57,906 nucleotides of DNA from a virus (lineage: Duplodnaviria; Caudoviricetes). This document shows positions 56,233-57,906 of this stretch, in pieces. The stretch's first letter is position 1; each line of letters starts with the position of its first letter. Under the pieces are notes generated by a model. It did not search any database. It worked only from the letters and a program-made list of their open reading frames with translations, and was not told the DNA's origin. Made by a program: the position numbers and the translations under genes. The stretch spans positions 1-57,906 of the IMG/VR virus record IMGVR_UViG_3300032401_000578, one strand, 5' to 3'.

Positions 56233-56292
56233 CCCTACACGCAACCAACGCGGCTGCGACAAACCGAACGGACGACGAACGGAGGCTTGATC

Positions 56293-56547
56293 ATGATGAC
56301 ACGGCGCAACGAATACAAACTGTCGGCCGCCCTTCCTCTTGTGGCTAAGCACGGCTTCACGGTGGTCTCGGTCGGGATGGACTACGCGACCTGCTCCGGC
56401 AAGGTGGTTGACGACCGGTTGGTGTCGCTTCATCAGGACTGGACCCCCAAGGGGGCGGAGTTCGTCCGGGTCCAACTGACGCGGGGCAAGTGGGCCGGGC
56501 AAAACATCGGGTCGATTCACAAGACCGGGTTCGACTGGCGGAAATGA
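56293..56547 (+). CDS. Hypothetical protein
   Basis: ACGGACGACGAA plus GGAGG. Confidence 0.7.
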   Translation: MMTRRNEYKLSAALPLVAKHGFTVVSVGMDYATCSGKVVDDRLVSLHQDWTPKGAEFVRVQLTRGKWAGQNIGSIHKTGFDWRK

Positions 56548-56596
56548 GCCGGGCGGCGGTGGCGAACAATCTTCAACGGACGACGAAAGGGATCAC

Positions 56597-56773
56597 ATGA
56601 ACGAAAACTTCCGGGAACTCGGCCCCTTCAAAAAGTGGGCGGAGCGTGACGCGGCCGTGGCGGTGGAAACTGCCAAGCTGACTTGTGCGGCGTCGATCTT
56701 GACTCGGGTGGCGAACGGCGACAACGCGGGGGAGATCTCCGGGGACATCTACGTCTTGATCGTGGAACACTGA
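56597..56773 (+). CDS. Small hypothetical protein (58 aa, not in the ORF track)
   Basis: ACGGACGACGAAAGGGA leader; MNENFRELGPFKKW... Confidence 0.65.
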   Translation: MNENFRELGPFKKWAERDAAVAVETAKLTCAASILTRVANGDNAGEISGDIYVLIVEH

Positions 56774-56800
56774 AACTCTTCAACCGAAAGGACGACTGCG

Positions 56801-57040
56801 ATGAAAACGAAATGGGAAGCTAAATTCGGCGGATACGTGGCGAGGGAACTCCGGAGCGGCGAGGTCCGCTACAAGGAAGTGACGGTGTGGGCCGATGCGA
56901 TGATCGACGTCATGGACTGCGGAGCCGGGACGGACACAATCGTCCGGGCGTTGGCCGAGAAGGCCAAGGCGAGTCCGGGCGACGTCCGGGAGTGCTGGCG
57001 GTGTTCGGGGCCGGGGACGACGCGGAAGGCCAAGGCGTGA
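56801..57040 (+). CDS. Hypothetical protein
   Basis: AAGGA RBS; CWRC. Confidence 0.6.
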   Translation: MKTKWEAKFGGYVARELRSGEVRYKEVTVWADAMIDVMDCGAGTDTIVRALAEKAKASPGDVRECWRCSGPGTTRKAKA

Positions 57041-57128
57041 GCGTGGCGGCGTCTGTGGTAACATCTGAAACGAATGAACGCCGGGCGGTCCGGCGTTCTC
57101 TGGTTCGTGGTCACGAAGGGCGGGCGGC

Positions 57129-57773
57129 ATGACGATCAAGACAATCGGGGCGCATCGGATTCAGCATGGGGACATCCAGAACGGGATCGACGAGCTGATG
57201 AGCGGCGTGAAGGCGGACATCCTGTACTCGGATCCGCCGTGGGGTGGAGGGAACCTAAAGTATTGGGCAACGTACAACAAGAAGACGACCGGGGCGGAAA
57301 CCGTCCCGATGGAGTTTGAGGCGTTCATCGGGAAGTTCTTCGGGATCGCGGAGAGCTACGCTTTGAAGTACCTGCTGGTCGAGTACGGGCAACGCTGGCG
57401 TGACACGATACAAGCGAGGGCGACGGGGGCCGGGTTCGTTCCGCACGGGATCCCGGAAACGATTTACGGGGCAACGTCGCAACGATTGAGGCTGGACTTG
57501 CACTTGTTCGCGAGGCCGGGGTTCTTTTACCCGGCGGGGTACGCGGAGGAGATTCAAGGAACGAAGGGCTACGATACGGTCCGGAAGTCCGTCGGCCCGC
57601 TTGTCGCGAGTTTGGCGGCTGTCGGTGTGGCGGAGCCGGTGATCTTGGATCCTTGTTGTGGGATGGGATACACGGCGAAAGCGGCTCTGGAGTTCGGTTG
57701 TCGATTTCGCGGGAACGAACTGAACGCGGCGCGTCTGGCAAAAACGGAGGCAAGGCTCCGGACAAAGCCTTGA
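57129..57773 (+). CDS. Amino (N6-A/N4-C) DNA methyltransferase-like protein, beta-type motif order
   Basis: Catalytic YSDPPW near the N-terminus; SAM motif ILDPCCGMG.T...G.ELN near the C-terminus. Confidence 0.8.
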   Translation: MTIKTIGAHRIQHGDIQNGIDELMSGVKADILYSDPPWGGGNLKYWATYNKKTTGAETVPMEFEAFIGKFFGIAESYALKYLLVEYGQRWRDTIQARATGAGFVPHGIPETIYGATSQRLRLDLHLFARPGFFYPAGYAEEIQGTKGYDTVRKSVGPLVASLAAVGVAEPVILDPCCGMGYTAKAALEFGCRFRGNELNAARLAKTEARLRTKP

Positions 57774-57906
57774 CGCGACGCTGAGACGGCTGGAAGATCG
57801 GATCGAAGAATACCTTACTCGTGCGGGAGCGGTGGACGATGGCGAAAAACAAGGCGGCGGTGGTGGCTCCGGTCGCGGTCCGGCAGCGGATCGTTCGGAC
57901 TGTTCT
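57765..57906. repeat. Terminal direct repeat / circular overlap, right copy
   Basis: Matches 1..142 with one mismatch. Confidence 0.97.

Noticed and set aside
39515-56587. Recurrent ACGGACGACGAA motif as a CRISPR array
   Set aside because: Copies are only 12 bp, irregularly spaced hundreds to thousands of bases apart and tied to start codons; there is no repeat-spacer periodicity and no cas operon.
1-57906. Lysogeny module (integrase/repressor) or DNA polymerase
   Set aside because: No tyrosine or serine recombinase, CI-like repressor or polymerase motifs were recognised; lifestyle is left undetermined.

Overview
The window is an apparently complete, circularly permuted, GC-rich tailed phage genome of about 57,764 bp, with a 142-bp terminal overlap carrying one mismatch. 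Gene order is siphovirus-like. Essentially every gene is on the + strand. In order: a DNA-modification-like cluster spanning the junction (MTase, ParB-like, SAM MTase, PAPS-reductase/IbrA-like, ParB/IbrB-like); terminase, portal, head genes; an accessory block (papain-like peptidase, exported methyltransferase, fibre proteins, two glycosyltransferases); tail genes with a -1 frameshift chaperone; and an early/middle arm (ECF sigma, CsrA, DUF932, PD-(D/E)XK nuclease, WYL, Bet, RusA, ATPase, many small ORFs). The host is possibly a Planctomycete (inference only). The top finding is an intein in the terminase large subunit (4539..5462) with no in-frame endonuclease. Instead, an HNH homing endonuclease gene lies on the opposite strand inside the intein (5367..4747), with its own RBS and sigma70-like promoter overlapping the intein's C-terminal splicing codons, while the sense frame stays open. 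The second finding is a three-part leader grammar repeated through the early arm: a promoter cassette, a covarying RAYGY-loop hairpin, and an ACGGACGACGAA box before the RBS, in a phage that encodes its own CsrA. All calls come from reading motifs by eye; no database searches were run.
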